Assembly: GCA_963709345.1 (NCBI GenBank)
Contig: CAVPVX010000007.1
Coordinates: 704,001-768,000, forward strand
Reading direction: 5' to 3'
DNA: 64,000 nucleotides
Source of the DNA: an uncultured Actinomycetes bacterium
GTDB lineage: Bacteria; Actinomycetota; Thermoleophilia; UBA2241
The notes under the pieces are model-generated. The model was not told the origin of the DNA. It did not search any database and worked only from the letters and a program-made list of their open reading frames with translations. Of this stretch, positions 1 through 7,621 are shown piece after piece (position 1 is the first letter of the stretch; every line of letters begins with the position of its first letter). A program made the translations under genes and the position numbers.

Positions 1-25
1 GTCCGCGGCGCTCAACACCCACGGC

Positions 26-1099
26 ATGATCGAGATGGCGCTGGGGGAGTACGACGCCGCCGCGCGGCTCCTCCGCGAGGCGGCCGAGACGAGCGCGCGG
101 CACGGGCACGCTGCGGCCTCGTACATGATCCGGGACAACATCGCGTTTCTGCGTGCGTGCACGGGCGCCGTGAACGAGGGGCTCGAGTCACTGGAAGCGC
201 TGTGCAACGACGACGACGGCGCCCACGAGCCGACCCTGCTGTGCTTCGCACTCAGCCACGAAGCCAGTGTGCTCCGCCGTTGCGGCCGGGTCGAGGCCAG
301 CCTCGACCCGTGCCGGCGCGCAGCGCAGGCCGTCCCCGTCGAGCGCGACCCGTACCTCGCACTCAACGCGGCCACCAACCTCGCGTTCGTCGAAGGCATC
401 CTGGGTGAGTCGAGACACCGTGAGCTCGCGGGATTGGCGCGAACGGCGGCGACGGCCCGCCTCAGCTTCGTGGAGCTCAAGGGGCACCTCTACGACGCGA
501 TCCTGCTCTTCAGGGCCGGCGACAGAAGAAGGGCCGTCGAGAAGCTCGAGCGCTGCCTGCCGCGCCAGCTCGCCCTGGGTCACATCAACCTCGTCGCCCA
601 GGAGCTCGGCCCGCGCGCCGACGTGGCGGCGGCCGTCCTCCGCCGGAACCGGAGCAACGGACTCGGACCGCGGCTGCTGGACGCCCTCAGCCGGCATTGG
701 CAGTTCGAGAAGGTCAGGGAGCAGTTGCGGCGCGACTGCCCGTCGGAGGTCGGCACGTGGCTCCGCTATCTCGACGAGCGGGGGCGCGTCGGCACCCCGG
801 TCGCCGGCGCCGGAAGACGTGCCGACACCAGGGACGGCCTGGCCAGACGGCGCGTAGCGGAGGGCGAGGCCGGTGACACCCGTGACCCGCTCGCCGAGCT
901 CACGCGGCGGGAGCGCCAGGTCCTGGAGTTGATGGCGGAGGACAGGACGAACGCGGAGATCGCCGGGGAGCTCTACCTGGCGCTGCCGACCGTGAAGACA
1001 CACGTCACCCGGATCCTCCGCAAGCTCGGCCAGACCACGAGGCTCGGCGCGGTGCTGGAGTACCATCGCGCGATCGGCCTCATCGGCCGGTCGGCCTGA
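26..1099 (+). CDS. MalT/LuxR-family transcriptional regulator (TPR-like helices plus C-terminal LuxR HTH); probably 5'-truncated by the window edge
   Basis: C-terminal LTRRERQVLELMAEDRTNAEIAGELYLALPTVKTHVTRILRKLG is a typical LuxR HTH; the frame is open back to the window start. Confidence 0.85.
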   Translation: MIEMALGEYDAAARLLREAAETSARHGHAAASYMIRDNIAFLRACTGAVNEGLESLEALCNDDDGAHEPTLLCFALSHEASVLRRCGRVEASLDPCRRAAQAVPVERDPYLALNAATNLAFVEGILGESRHRELAGLARTAATARLSFVELKGHLYDAILLFRAGDRRRAVEKLERCLPRQLALGHINLVAQELGPRADVAAAVLRRNRSNGLGPRLLDALSRHWQFEKVREQLRRDCPSEVGTWLRYLDERGRVGTPVAGAGRRADTRDGLARRRVAEGEAGDTRDPLAELTRRERQVLELMAEDRTNAEIAGELYLALPTVKTHVTRILRKLGQTTRLGAVLEYHRAIGLIGRSA

Positions 1100-1203
1100 T
1101 CGGTGGACGCGCGGCGATCGTCCCGGCCGCGACGAGACGACAAATACGACCTGGGTATGATTCACAAAGGATTCCGACAGGCTAGCCTCCTGGCGTAGCG
1201 TCT

Positions 1204-2244
1204 ATGCCCCCGAAGGAGAACCTTATGGAATCGCCCGTTTCCGTCACCTACATCGAGTCGACCAACATGAGCCAGCGCAAGCAGACCGTCATCGACATCC
1301 TTCGCGACAGCCGCGACTTCGTCTCGGGCGAGGCGATGAGCGACGTTCTCGGTATCTCCCGCAACGCCGTGCACAAGCACATCAAGTCGCTGCGCAAGCG
1401 TGGCTACCGCATCACCGGGGTTTCGCGCAGAGGCTACCGGCTCGAGGACGAGCCCTGCCGGCTCTCCATGGCGCACGTCACGACCCGCACCGAGAAGACG
1501 GTGTTCGGGCACTCCTTCCGCTACCACGACGAGATCGAGTCGACCAACATCGAGGCCAAGGCGCTGGCCACCAGAGGCGCCCCCGAGGGCACGGTGGTCG
1601 TGGCCGAATCGCAGACGGCCGGCCGCGGCCGGCTCGGCCGCCGCTGGACCTCGCCGGCCGGCAAGGGCCTCCTCTTCTCCGTCATCCTCCGCCCCCCGCT
1701 GCCGATGAACGAGGCGCACCTTCTCACCATCGTGGCCGCCGCGGCGGCGGCCGAGGCGATCGAGAAGCACGTCACCGCCGGCGTGGCGATCAAGTGGCCG
1801 AACGACCTGTTCATCGGCGACCGCAAGGTCGGTGGCATCCTCATGGAGATCGCGGGCGAGCAGGACGAGGTCGATTGGGTCGTGCTCGGCATGGGGCTCA
1901 ACGTGAACACCGAGTACAGCGAGCTCCCCGTGGCCCTGCGGCGCACGGCCACATCGCTCAAGATGGTCGGCGGCGAGACCGTGGACCGCAGCGAGATCCT
2001 CGCCGGCCTGTTGCTGAGCCTCGAGTCCCACTACAAGACGGCCTCCCGCGGCGGGTTCGAGCGTGCCCTCACCGCCTTTCGCGAGCGCGACTACCTGCTC
2101 TCTCGCACCATCAGCGTCGAGACACGCCAGGGGCCGGTGGTCGGCGCCGCAGCCGGCATCGACGACCGCGGCGCGCTGCTCGTCCAGCTCCCCGAGCGTC
2201 GCATCCGCAGCTTCCACTCGGGCGACGTGACGTTGCACTCATGA
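1204..2244 (+). CDS. birA: Bifunctional biotin-[acetyl-CoA carboxylase] ligase / biotin repressor
   Basis: N-terminal HTH (FVSGEAMSDVLGISRNAVHKHIKSLR), QTAGRGRLGRRW, KWPND and KVGGIL motifs; start may be ATG 1225. Confidence 0.95.
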   Translation: MPPKENLMESPVSVTYIESTNMSQRKQTVIDILRDSRDFVSGEAMSDVLGISRNAVHKHIKSLRKRGYRITGVSRRGYRLEDEPCRLSMAHVTTRTEKTVFGHSFRYHDEIESTNIEAKALATRGAPEGTVVVAESQTAGRGRLGRRWTSPAGKGLLFSVILRPPLPMNEAHLLTIVAAAAAAEAIEKHVTAGVAIKWPNDLFIGDRKVGGILMEIAGEQDEVDWVVLGMGLNVNTEYSELPVALRRTATSLKMVGGETVDRSEILAGLLLSLESHYKTASRGGFERALTAFRERDYLLSRTISVETRQGPVVGAAAGIDDRGALLVQLPERRIRSFHSGDVTLHS

Positions 2245-2300
2245 CGCCCCGCTCGTAGCCGGAGAAGAACGCGGAACCCCCGGGCGGCAGACGGTCCGTC

Positions 2301-2329
2301 TTGACAGCCGCCCGGGGGCTCACTACATT
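2301..2329 (+). promoter_or_regulatory. sigma70-type promoter of bioY
   Basis: TTGACA (2301-2306), 17 nt spacer, TACATT (2324-2329). Confidence 0.75.
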
Positions 2330-2362
2330 GTCACCTCTCTCGATTCCAGTGAGGTTGACAAT
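2327..2362. promoter_or_regulatory. BirA operator (imperfect inverted repeat)
   Basis: ATTGTCACCT-N15-AGGTTGACAAT resembles the BirA box (TGTwAAC-N14-16-GTTwACA); overlaps the -10 element and the bioY start, directly downstream of birA. Confidence 0.75.
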
Positions 2363-2922
2363 TGCAGAGTACCGCGAGCCCGGTCACGACCCGCGATATC
2401 GCCGCCGCCGCCGTCTTCGCCGCGATGATGGCGGCGGGGGCCTACGTGGCCATCCCCGTCGGCTCCGTGCCGTTCACGCTCCAGACGCTCTTCGTGCTGC
2501 TGGCGGGGATGGCGCTCGGACCGCGACTCGGGGCTCTGAGCGTCGTCGCCTACCTGGGCCTCGGCCTGATCGCCCCCGTGTACGCCGGCGGCGCCTCGGG
2601 CCTCGGGGTGTTGCTCGGACCGACCGGCGGCTACCTCTGGGGGTTCATCCCGGCGGCGCTGGTGGCCGGCGCCATCGCCGGCGCCGGCCGGGCCTCGCTC
2701 CCGCGCCTGACGGCCGCCGGCCTCGCCGGCCTCTGCCCCATCTACGCCCTGGGCGCCCTGTGGCTGGCGCTGCAGCTGGGCGTCGGCCCGCGCTCCGCGT
2801 TGCTGCTGGGGGTGGCGCCCTTCGTGTGGGCGGACGTACTGAAGGCCGTGGCGGCGGCGCTCGCGGCGCGCGCGCTGGTCAGCCTGCCGCTGGATCTTCC
2901 CGCGCTGCAGAGAGACCGCTGA
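2362..2922 (+). CDS. bioY: Biotin transporter BioY (ECF S-component)
   Basis: VPFTLQTLFVLLAG and GPTGGYLWGF motifs; hydrophobic; next to birA. Confidence 0.95.
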   Translation: MQSTASPVTTRDIAAAAVFAAMMAAGAYVAIPVGSVPFTLQTLFVLLAGMALGPRLGALSVVAYLGLGLIAPVYAGGASGLGVLLGPTGGYLWGFIPAALVAGAIAGAGRASLPRLTAAGLAGLCPIYALGALWLALQLGVGPRSALLLGVAPFVWADVLKAVAAALAARALVSLPLDLPALQRDR

Positions 2923-4309
2923 CGTCGGCCAGCGCCTGGCCGCGCAGGCGCAGATTGATGCGGCCGCGCTCGTACTCGACCGTGAAGTCGGTGGAACTGC
3001 CGTCGCGGTAAGCGAGATTCTTGTCGCGAAGCACGCGCGCCAGCGCCTCGACGTACTTCTCATCCAGCGTCACGCCGCCCATCATGCGGAGCTCCTTGAG
3101 CGCCTCGAATGAGCTCCGCGCCGCGCGGTACGGGCGGTCTGACGTCATCGCGTGGTAGCTGTCCGCAACCGCGAGGATCTTGCTCAGCTCGGGGATCGCC
3201 TCGCCTTGGATCCCGTGCGGGTAGCCGCTGCCGTCGAGCCGCTCGTGGTGATAGCGGACGATGTCCGCCACCTCCTGGTACGCGGCCAGGTGCGAGAGCA
3301 CCTCCGCGCCCTTCTCCGGGTGCTGGCGGATGAACTGCCACTCCGCGTCGTCGAGCGCCGTCGCCTTGCGCAGGACCGCGTCGGGAACGCCCACTTTGCC
3401 GAGGTCGTGGAGCAGGCCGGCGAGGTGCAGCGCCTGCTCCTGCTCGTGAGGCAACTCGAGCACGGCGGCCATGTCGCGGCAGTACATGGCCACGGCCGCC
3501 GAATGCTGCGCCGTGTACTCGTCCTTGCTGTCGAGCAGCACCACCATGGCGGCGGCCAGGCCGATGTTCATCTCGAGGTACTGGTCGCTCAGCTCCGTCT
3601 GCCGGGCCACGTGCTCGCGCTCGCGCACCAGCAGCTTGAACATGTACTGGCTCGCGAACAGGGGGATGAACAGGAGTGCGACGGCGATGATGCCGGCGGC
3701 GGCGTAGAGCGCCGCGATCCCGAGGCCCAGCAGCAGCAGCACGCCCAGGGACCGGACGAAGGGCGGCATCTCCTCGCGCCAGAACGCGGCGAAGTGCCGC
3801 TTGTACTTGATGCGCATACCCAGGCTCAACAGCGCCAGGTTGGTCGCCTCGAAGACGACGGCCGTCGCCGCCCCCGCCACGATGAGCCCGAACGTCACCT
3901 CGTCGAGCTTCACGCCGAGCGGCCCCAGAAGAGCGTCGAACACCAACGAGGCGAGAAAGACGGAGACCACGAAGTTCGCGGTGTTGTAGACGACCACCAC
4001 TCGCGTGCTCTCGCGCCAGGCGCCCCACAGCCCGACGCCGATGGCGACGGCGATCGCCGGCAGGCGCCCGGTGAACATGATCGCCAGCAGGATCGGCAGA
4101 TTGAACGCCGCCAGGGTGACCCTGTCGGAGACCTCCACGGCCATCTCGTCGGCGATGATCGCCAGCACGAGGAAGACGGCGGCGTCGCGGATGGCGGCCG
4201 GTGAGAGCGGGATCGGACCGGGGAAGAAGGATGCGTACGCGGCCACGAACCCGGCGCACAGCGCCAGGCTCGTGGTGAGCACGCGGTAATTACGCTCGGC
4301 TATGGACAC
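2879..4309 (-). CDS. Membrane-anchored HD-GYP cyclic di-nucleotide phosphodiesterase with an N-terminal multi-TM sensor domain
   Basis: YTAQHS, LHDLGKVG, HHERLDGSGYP and DSYHAMTSDRPYR motifs; about 6-7 TM segments N-terminally; GTG 4309 preceded by GAGG (ORF track start 4351). Confidence 0.92.
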   Translation of the reverse strand: MSIAERNYRVLTTSLALCAGFVAAYASFFPGPIPLSPAAIRDAAVFLVLAIIADEMAVEVSDRVTLAAFNLPILLAIMFTGRLPAIAVAIGVGLWGAWRESTRVVVVYNTANFVVSVFLASLVFDALLGPLGVKLDEVTFGLIVAGAATAVVFEATNLALLSLGMRIKYKRHFAAFWREEMPPFVRSLGVLLLLGLGIAALYAAAGIIAVALLFIPLFASQYMFKLLVREREHVARQTELSDQYLEMNIGLAAAMVVLLDSKDEYTAQHSAAVAMYCRDMAAVLELPHEQEQALHLAGLLHDLGKVGVPDAVLRKATALDDAEWQFIRQHPEKGAEVLSHLAAYQEVADIVRYHHERLDGSGYPHGIQGEAIPELSKILAVADSYHAMTSDRPYRAARSSFEALKELRMMGGVTLDEKYVEALARVLRDKNLAYRDGSSTDFTVEYERGRINLRLRGQALADVSGLSAAREDPAAG

Positions 4310-4338
4310 GGCACCTCGCGGGGTGTGCAGTGCCCCGT

Positions 4339-4366
4339 CTATCGGCACCAAACCGGCAACGCTTGA
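4339..4366 (-). promoter_or_regulatory. sigma28 (FliA/WhiG)-like promoter upstream of the HD-GYP gene
   Basis: Minus strand TCAA-N16-GCCGATAG versus consensus TAAA-N15/16-GCCGATAA. Confidence 0.55.
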
Positions 4367-4370
4367 ACAG

Positions 4371-4451
4371 TCAGTGCATCTTGCTGCCGCCGCCGCTCGT
4401 GACGAGGGCGAACAGCAGGGACGCGAGTGTCTTTTCGATCTTCTTGCTCAT
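4371..4451 (-). CDS. 26-aa peptide MSKKIEKTLASLLFALVTSGGGSKMH (signal-peptide-like N-terminus, GGSKMH tail)
   Basis: ATG with GAGGT RBS about 6 nt upstream; basic N-terminus, hydrophobic core, then a C-terminal motif shared with the neighbouring peptide; below the ORF-track size cutoff. Confidence 0.8.
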   Translation of the reverse strand: MSKKIEKTLASLLFALVTSGGGSKMH

Positions 4452-4482
4452 GAGCGGACCTCAATCGATCGACAACTCGCGG

Positions 4483-4557
4483 TCAGTGCATCTTCCCGCC
4501 GAAACGGATGTGCATCTTGCCACCGGACCTGATGTGCATTTTTCCACCGAAGCGCAT
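4483..4557 (-). CDS. 24-aa tandem-repeat peptide MRFGGKMH-IRSGGKMH-IRFGGKMH
   Basis: Strong AGGAGG RBS 4 nt upstream of ATG; three 24-nt repeats differing mainly at synonymous positions (GGT GGA AAA / GGT GGC AAG / GGC GGG AAG). Confidence 0.8.
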   Translation of the reverse strand: MRFGGKMHIRSGGKMHIRFGGKMH

Positions 4558-4566
4558 GTTCCCTCC

Positions 4567-4593
4567 TAAAGGTTCTCGGCCTCATGCCGATAC
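4567..4593 (+). promoter_or_regulatory. sigma28-like promoter, divergent from the peptide genes
   Basis: TAAA (4567-4570)-N15-GCCGATAC (4586-4593), near-consensus. Confidence 0.6.
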
Positions 4594-4873
4594 ACAATGG
4601 TTGACAATCGTGCAGCGACTCTACGGAGACACGCCGGGTCGTGCCTAGCCAACGCATTTGGACATAGTGGGCAAGTCTCTCCGTCTCAGTTGCCATTTTG
4701 GACAACGCTTCCCGCTGCCGCCTGCATCGCCGCTCGCGCCGTCACCCGCGGACCGGGACATGCGACCCCGCATGTTGTAGGCTTCGTGCGCGGTCGCGCG
4801 GAGATCGGCCGCAGGGGCACGCCAGCGCGCCCGCCTCGCCCGAGTCGCGGCGCGCAGCAAGGGGGAACACACA

Positions 4874-6100
4874 ATAGAGGCGAACGCCGCCGCCACGGAG
4901 ACACCGGACGCATCCCTGGCCCGCAACAGCAGCTTCCTGCTGCTCTGGGTGGGCCAGTTCGTCTCGCAGATAGGCGACCGGCTGGCCGCGCTCGCCTTTC
5001 CGTGGCTCGTCTACACGACCACGGGCTCGGCCGTAGGCACCGGCGCCGTGTTCGCTCTTTACACGCTGCCCTACGTCCTCTTCGGCGCCTTCGCCGGCGT
5101 GCTGGTCGACCGCTACAACAAGCGCAGCCTGATGGTCCTCGCGGACGTGGTCCGCGCGGGCCTGGTCCTGCTGGTGCCGCTCGTCGCCTCCCGCTCGCTG
5201 CCGCTGGTTTACGTGCTCAGCTTCGCGATGGCGACGGCCGGTGTGTTCTTCGACCCCGCCAAGCTCGCCATCGTCCCGGAGATCGTGCCTCGGGCGCGGC
5301 TCATGCGCGCCAACTCTCTGCTCGCCACCGCCGAGAACCTCACCGAGATCCTCGGATGGGCCTTCGCCGGCCTCCTCCTCGCGTCGGTGAGCACGACGAC
5401 CGCTTTCGAGCTTGACGCCGTCACGTTCGTCGTCTCGGCCGTGGCGCTGCTGCTGATGCGCTACCGGACACCCGCACACGCGGCCGTCGAGCGAGGCGTG
5501 CGTGCGCTCTGGAACGAACTGAGCGAGGGGTTCGCCTTTCTTCGCGGTCACCCCGGTCTGCGTGCCAACACGATCATGATCATCGTCTGCGTCTCGGGCC
5601 TCGGGGCCGCCTACCCCCTCACCTTCATGCTCGCCGTCCGCGTGCTGGGCGGCGGGACCAGAACGTTCGGCCTCCTCGAGGCGGCCATCGGAGCGGGATA
5701 CCTCGTCGGCTCACTCGCGCTCGCCGCTCTCGCGCCGCGCGTGCGCAAAGGCTGGACGATGGTCGTCGGACTGGCGTTCATGGGGGTATGCCTCGTAGCC
5801 GTGGCCGCCGCGGAGTCGGTCTGGCAGGCGAGCATCCCCTTCCTGCTCTTCGGGGTAGCCAACGCCGTCGCCCTGATCGCCGTCGACACGTACCTGCAGG
5901 AGGTCGTGCCCGAGGGCATGCTGGGCCGGGTGCTGGGCACGCGCTTCACGCTCACGCAGGGCACCTACGCGCTCTCGGTGCTCGTGGGCGGCGCGCTTGC
6001 GGGCGTCTTCGACGTGCGCGCCCTCTTCGTGGTCGCCGGGGCGATCGTCGCCATGTCGGCCCTCCTGGGGCTGCTCTCCCGCGACGTGCGCGAGACCTGA
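4874..6100 (+). CDS. MFS transporter (DHA3/macrolide-efflux-like)
   Basis: NSSFLLLWVGQFVSQIGD and GVLVDRYNKRSLMV (MFS motif A); start uncertain: possible ATA 4874 after AAGGGGG, first canonical GTG at 4949. Confidence 0.85.
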   Translation: MEANAAATETPDASLARNSSFLLLWVGQFVSQIGDRLAALAFPWLVYTTTGSAVGTGAVFALYTLPYVLFGAFAGVLVDRYNKRSLMVLADVVRAGLVLLVPLVASRSLPLVYVLSFAMATAGVFFDPAKLAIVPEIVPRARLMRANSLLATAENLTEILGWAFAGLLLASVSTTTAFELDAVTFVVSAVALLLMRYRTPAHAAVERGVRALWNELSEGFAFLRGHPGLRANTIMIIVCVSGLGAAYPLTFMLAVRVLGGGTRTFGLLEAAIGAGYLVGSLALAALAPRVRKGWTMVVGLAFMGVCLVAVAAAESVWQASIPFLLFGVANAVALIAVDTYLQEVVPEGMLGRVLGTRFTLTQGTYALSVLVGGALAGVFDVRALFVVAGAIVAMSALLGLLSRDVRET

Positions 6101-6240
6101 CGCGCCGGCAGCTCCCCCAGGAGCCGGCCCTCCCGCGGCGGCTGCGGCGTCCCGGGTACAGATGATACCCTTGTGGCCATGTCCGTAGGGCGGCCGAAGA
6201 ACGCCGGGCCGAAGCCCTCGGGCGCGAACGCAAAGGCGCC

Positions 6241-7560
6241 ATGACCTCCCCCGGCACCACACAGACTTCCGGACTCCCGGCGACGCCACGCACGAGCTGG
6301 CTCCAGCTCGGCGTGGTCAGCGCGGCAGAGTTCGTGGTCTGGACGGGCTTCGGCGCGATCATGCCGTTCCTGCCCATCTTCCTCAGAGATGAGGCGCACA
6401 GCTCGCTGTTCATGATCGGTCTCATCTCCGCGATGTTCTACCTGGGTACGCTCCTGTTCTCCTCGCCCTTCGGCTGGCTCAGCGACATGATCGGCCGCAA
6501 GCCGGTGATGATCGGCGGCGTCACGCTCTTCGCCGTGGCGATGCTGCTCTTCACCACGACCATGAACCCCTGGTGGTTCGTGGTGTTCCGGCTGCTCGAA
6601 GGGGTCGGGACGGCAGCGGTGGCGCCGGCGGCCATGGCCTTCGTCGCCGACGTCACCACGGATTCCAACCGTAGCAAGTCCTACGGCATCCTCATGTCGG
6701 CGCAGTTCGGCGGGCTCATCGTGGGCCCGGCCATCGGCGCCATCGCCCTGCGCTTCCTCGGCGACGGCACCTCCGGCTTTCACGCCATCTTCTACTTCGG
6801 GGCGATCCTCGCGGCGCTGACCGCCGTGGCGCTGGTCGCCTTCATTCGCGAGCCGGCCCAGCTCCAGGAGCGTCGCCGTGCGCGGCGCGGAGCGAAGGCC
6901 GAGAAGCCGCCCTACGGCCAGATTCTCACGCCGGCCATCCTGGCCTTCCTGCTGGTCGGCTTCACCAGCCACTTCGCGATGGGCGCGTTCGAGGTCGTGT
7001 GGAGCCTCTACCTGCGCGACCTCGGCGCCTCGAACACCTACATCTCGGCCACGTGGATCGCCTTCAGCGTGCCGATGCTGTTCGCCTTCTTGGGCGGGAT
7101 CGTCGCCGACCGCTACAGCCGCTTCATCCTGATGTTCACCGGCTACACGATATCCGCAGCTGCGTGGGTCATCTACGGCACGACCACGAGCCTCGTGGTC
7201 TTCATCCTCGTCAACGTGATCGAGGGATTCGCAATCGCGTTCTCCTACCCGGCCAAGCAGGCCTTCCTCGTCCAGGTGAGCCCCAAGCGGTTCGTCGGGA
7301 CGGTGACGGGACTCGAGACGACCTCCATGCAGCTCGCCGGCCTGATCGGTACGCTGGCGGCGCCGGTCATGTACGGGTGGATGTCCGGCTACGTGATGGC
7401 CTTCGGCGGAGTCGTCAATTTCATCGGCCTGGCGATCGCCGCGCCGATACTCGCCCGCGCGTGGCGCCGCGTCCGGGCGGCGCCGGCGCCGGGAGCCGCC
7501 CCCGGCGAGACGGAGCCGCCGCCGGTGGCCGCCGCCCAGCCGCCGTTCGGAATCAAGTAG
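6241..7560 (+). CDS. MFS transporter (DHA1/TetA-like)
   Basis: GWLSDMIGRKPVM motif A, FRLLEGVG, about 12 TM segments. Confidence 0.9.
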   Translation: MTSPGTTQTSGLPATPRTSWLQLGVVSAAEFVVWTGFGAIMPFLPIFLRDEAHSSLFMIGLISAMFYLGTLLFSSPFGWLSDMIGRKPVMIGGVTLFAVAMLLFTTTMNPWWFVVFRLLEGVGTAAVAPAAMAFVADVTTDSNRSKSYGILMSAQFGGLIVGPAIGAIALRFLGDGTSGFHAIFYFGAILAALTAVALVAFIREPAQLQERRRARRGAKAEKPPYGQILTPAILAFLLVGFTSHFAMGAFEVVWSLYLRDLGASNTYISATWIAFSVPMLFAFLGGIVADRYSRFILMFTGYTISAAAWVIYGTTTSLVVFILVNVIEGFAIAFSYPAKQAFLVQVSPKRFVGTVTGLETTSMQLAGLIGTLAAPVMYGWMSGYVMAFGGVVNFIGLAIAAPILARAWRRVRAAPAPGAAPGETEPPPVAAAQPPFGIK

Positions 7561-7621
7561 CGGCGCAACGGAAACGGCGACGCGAGGGGCGGGCCGGCGC
7601 AGCCACACCCGCCTCAGGCGC

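Noticed and set aside
1141-1170. Rex box (TTCACAA) or LuxR box upstream of birA
   Set aside because: Only a half-site or a weak palindrome; not enough support
4483-4557. 24-nt tandem repeats as a mini-CRISPR or operator array
   Set aside because: No spacers and no cas genes; variation is mostly synonymous in one frame with a strong RBS, so a peptide fits better
4597-5415. 272-aa plus-strand ORF
   Set aside because: Out of frame with the overlapping MFS gene, Arg/Pro-rich shadow composition, no RBS
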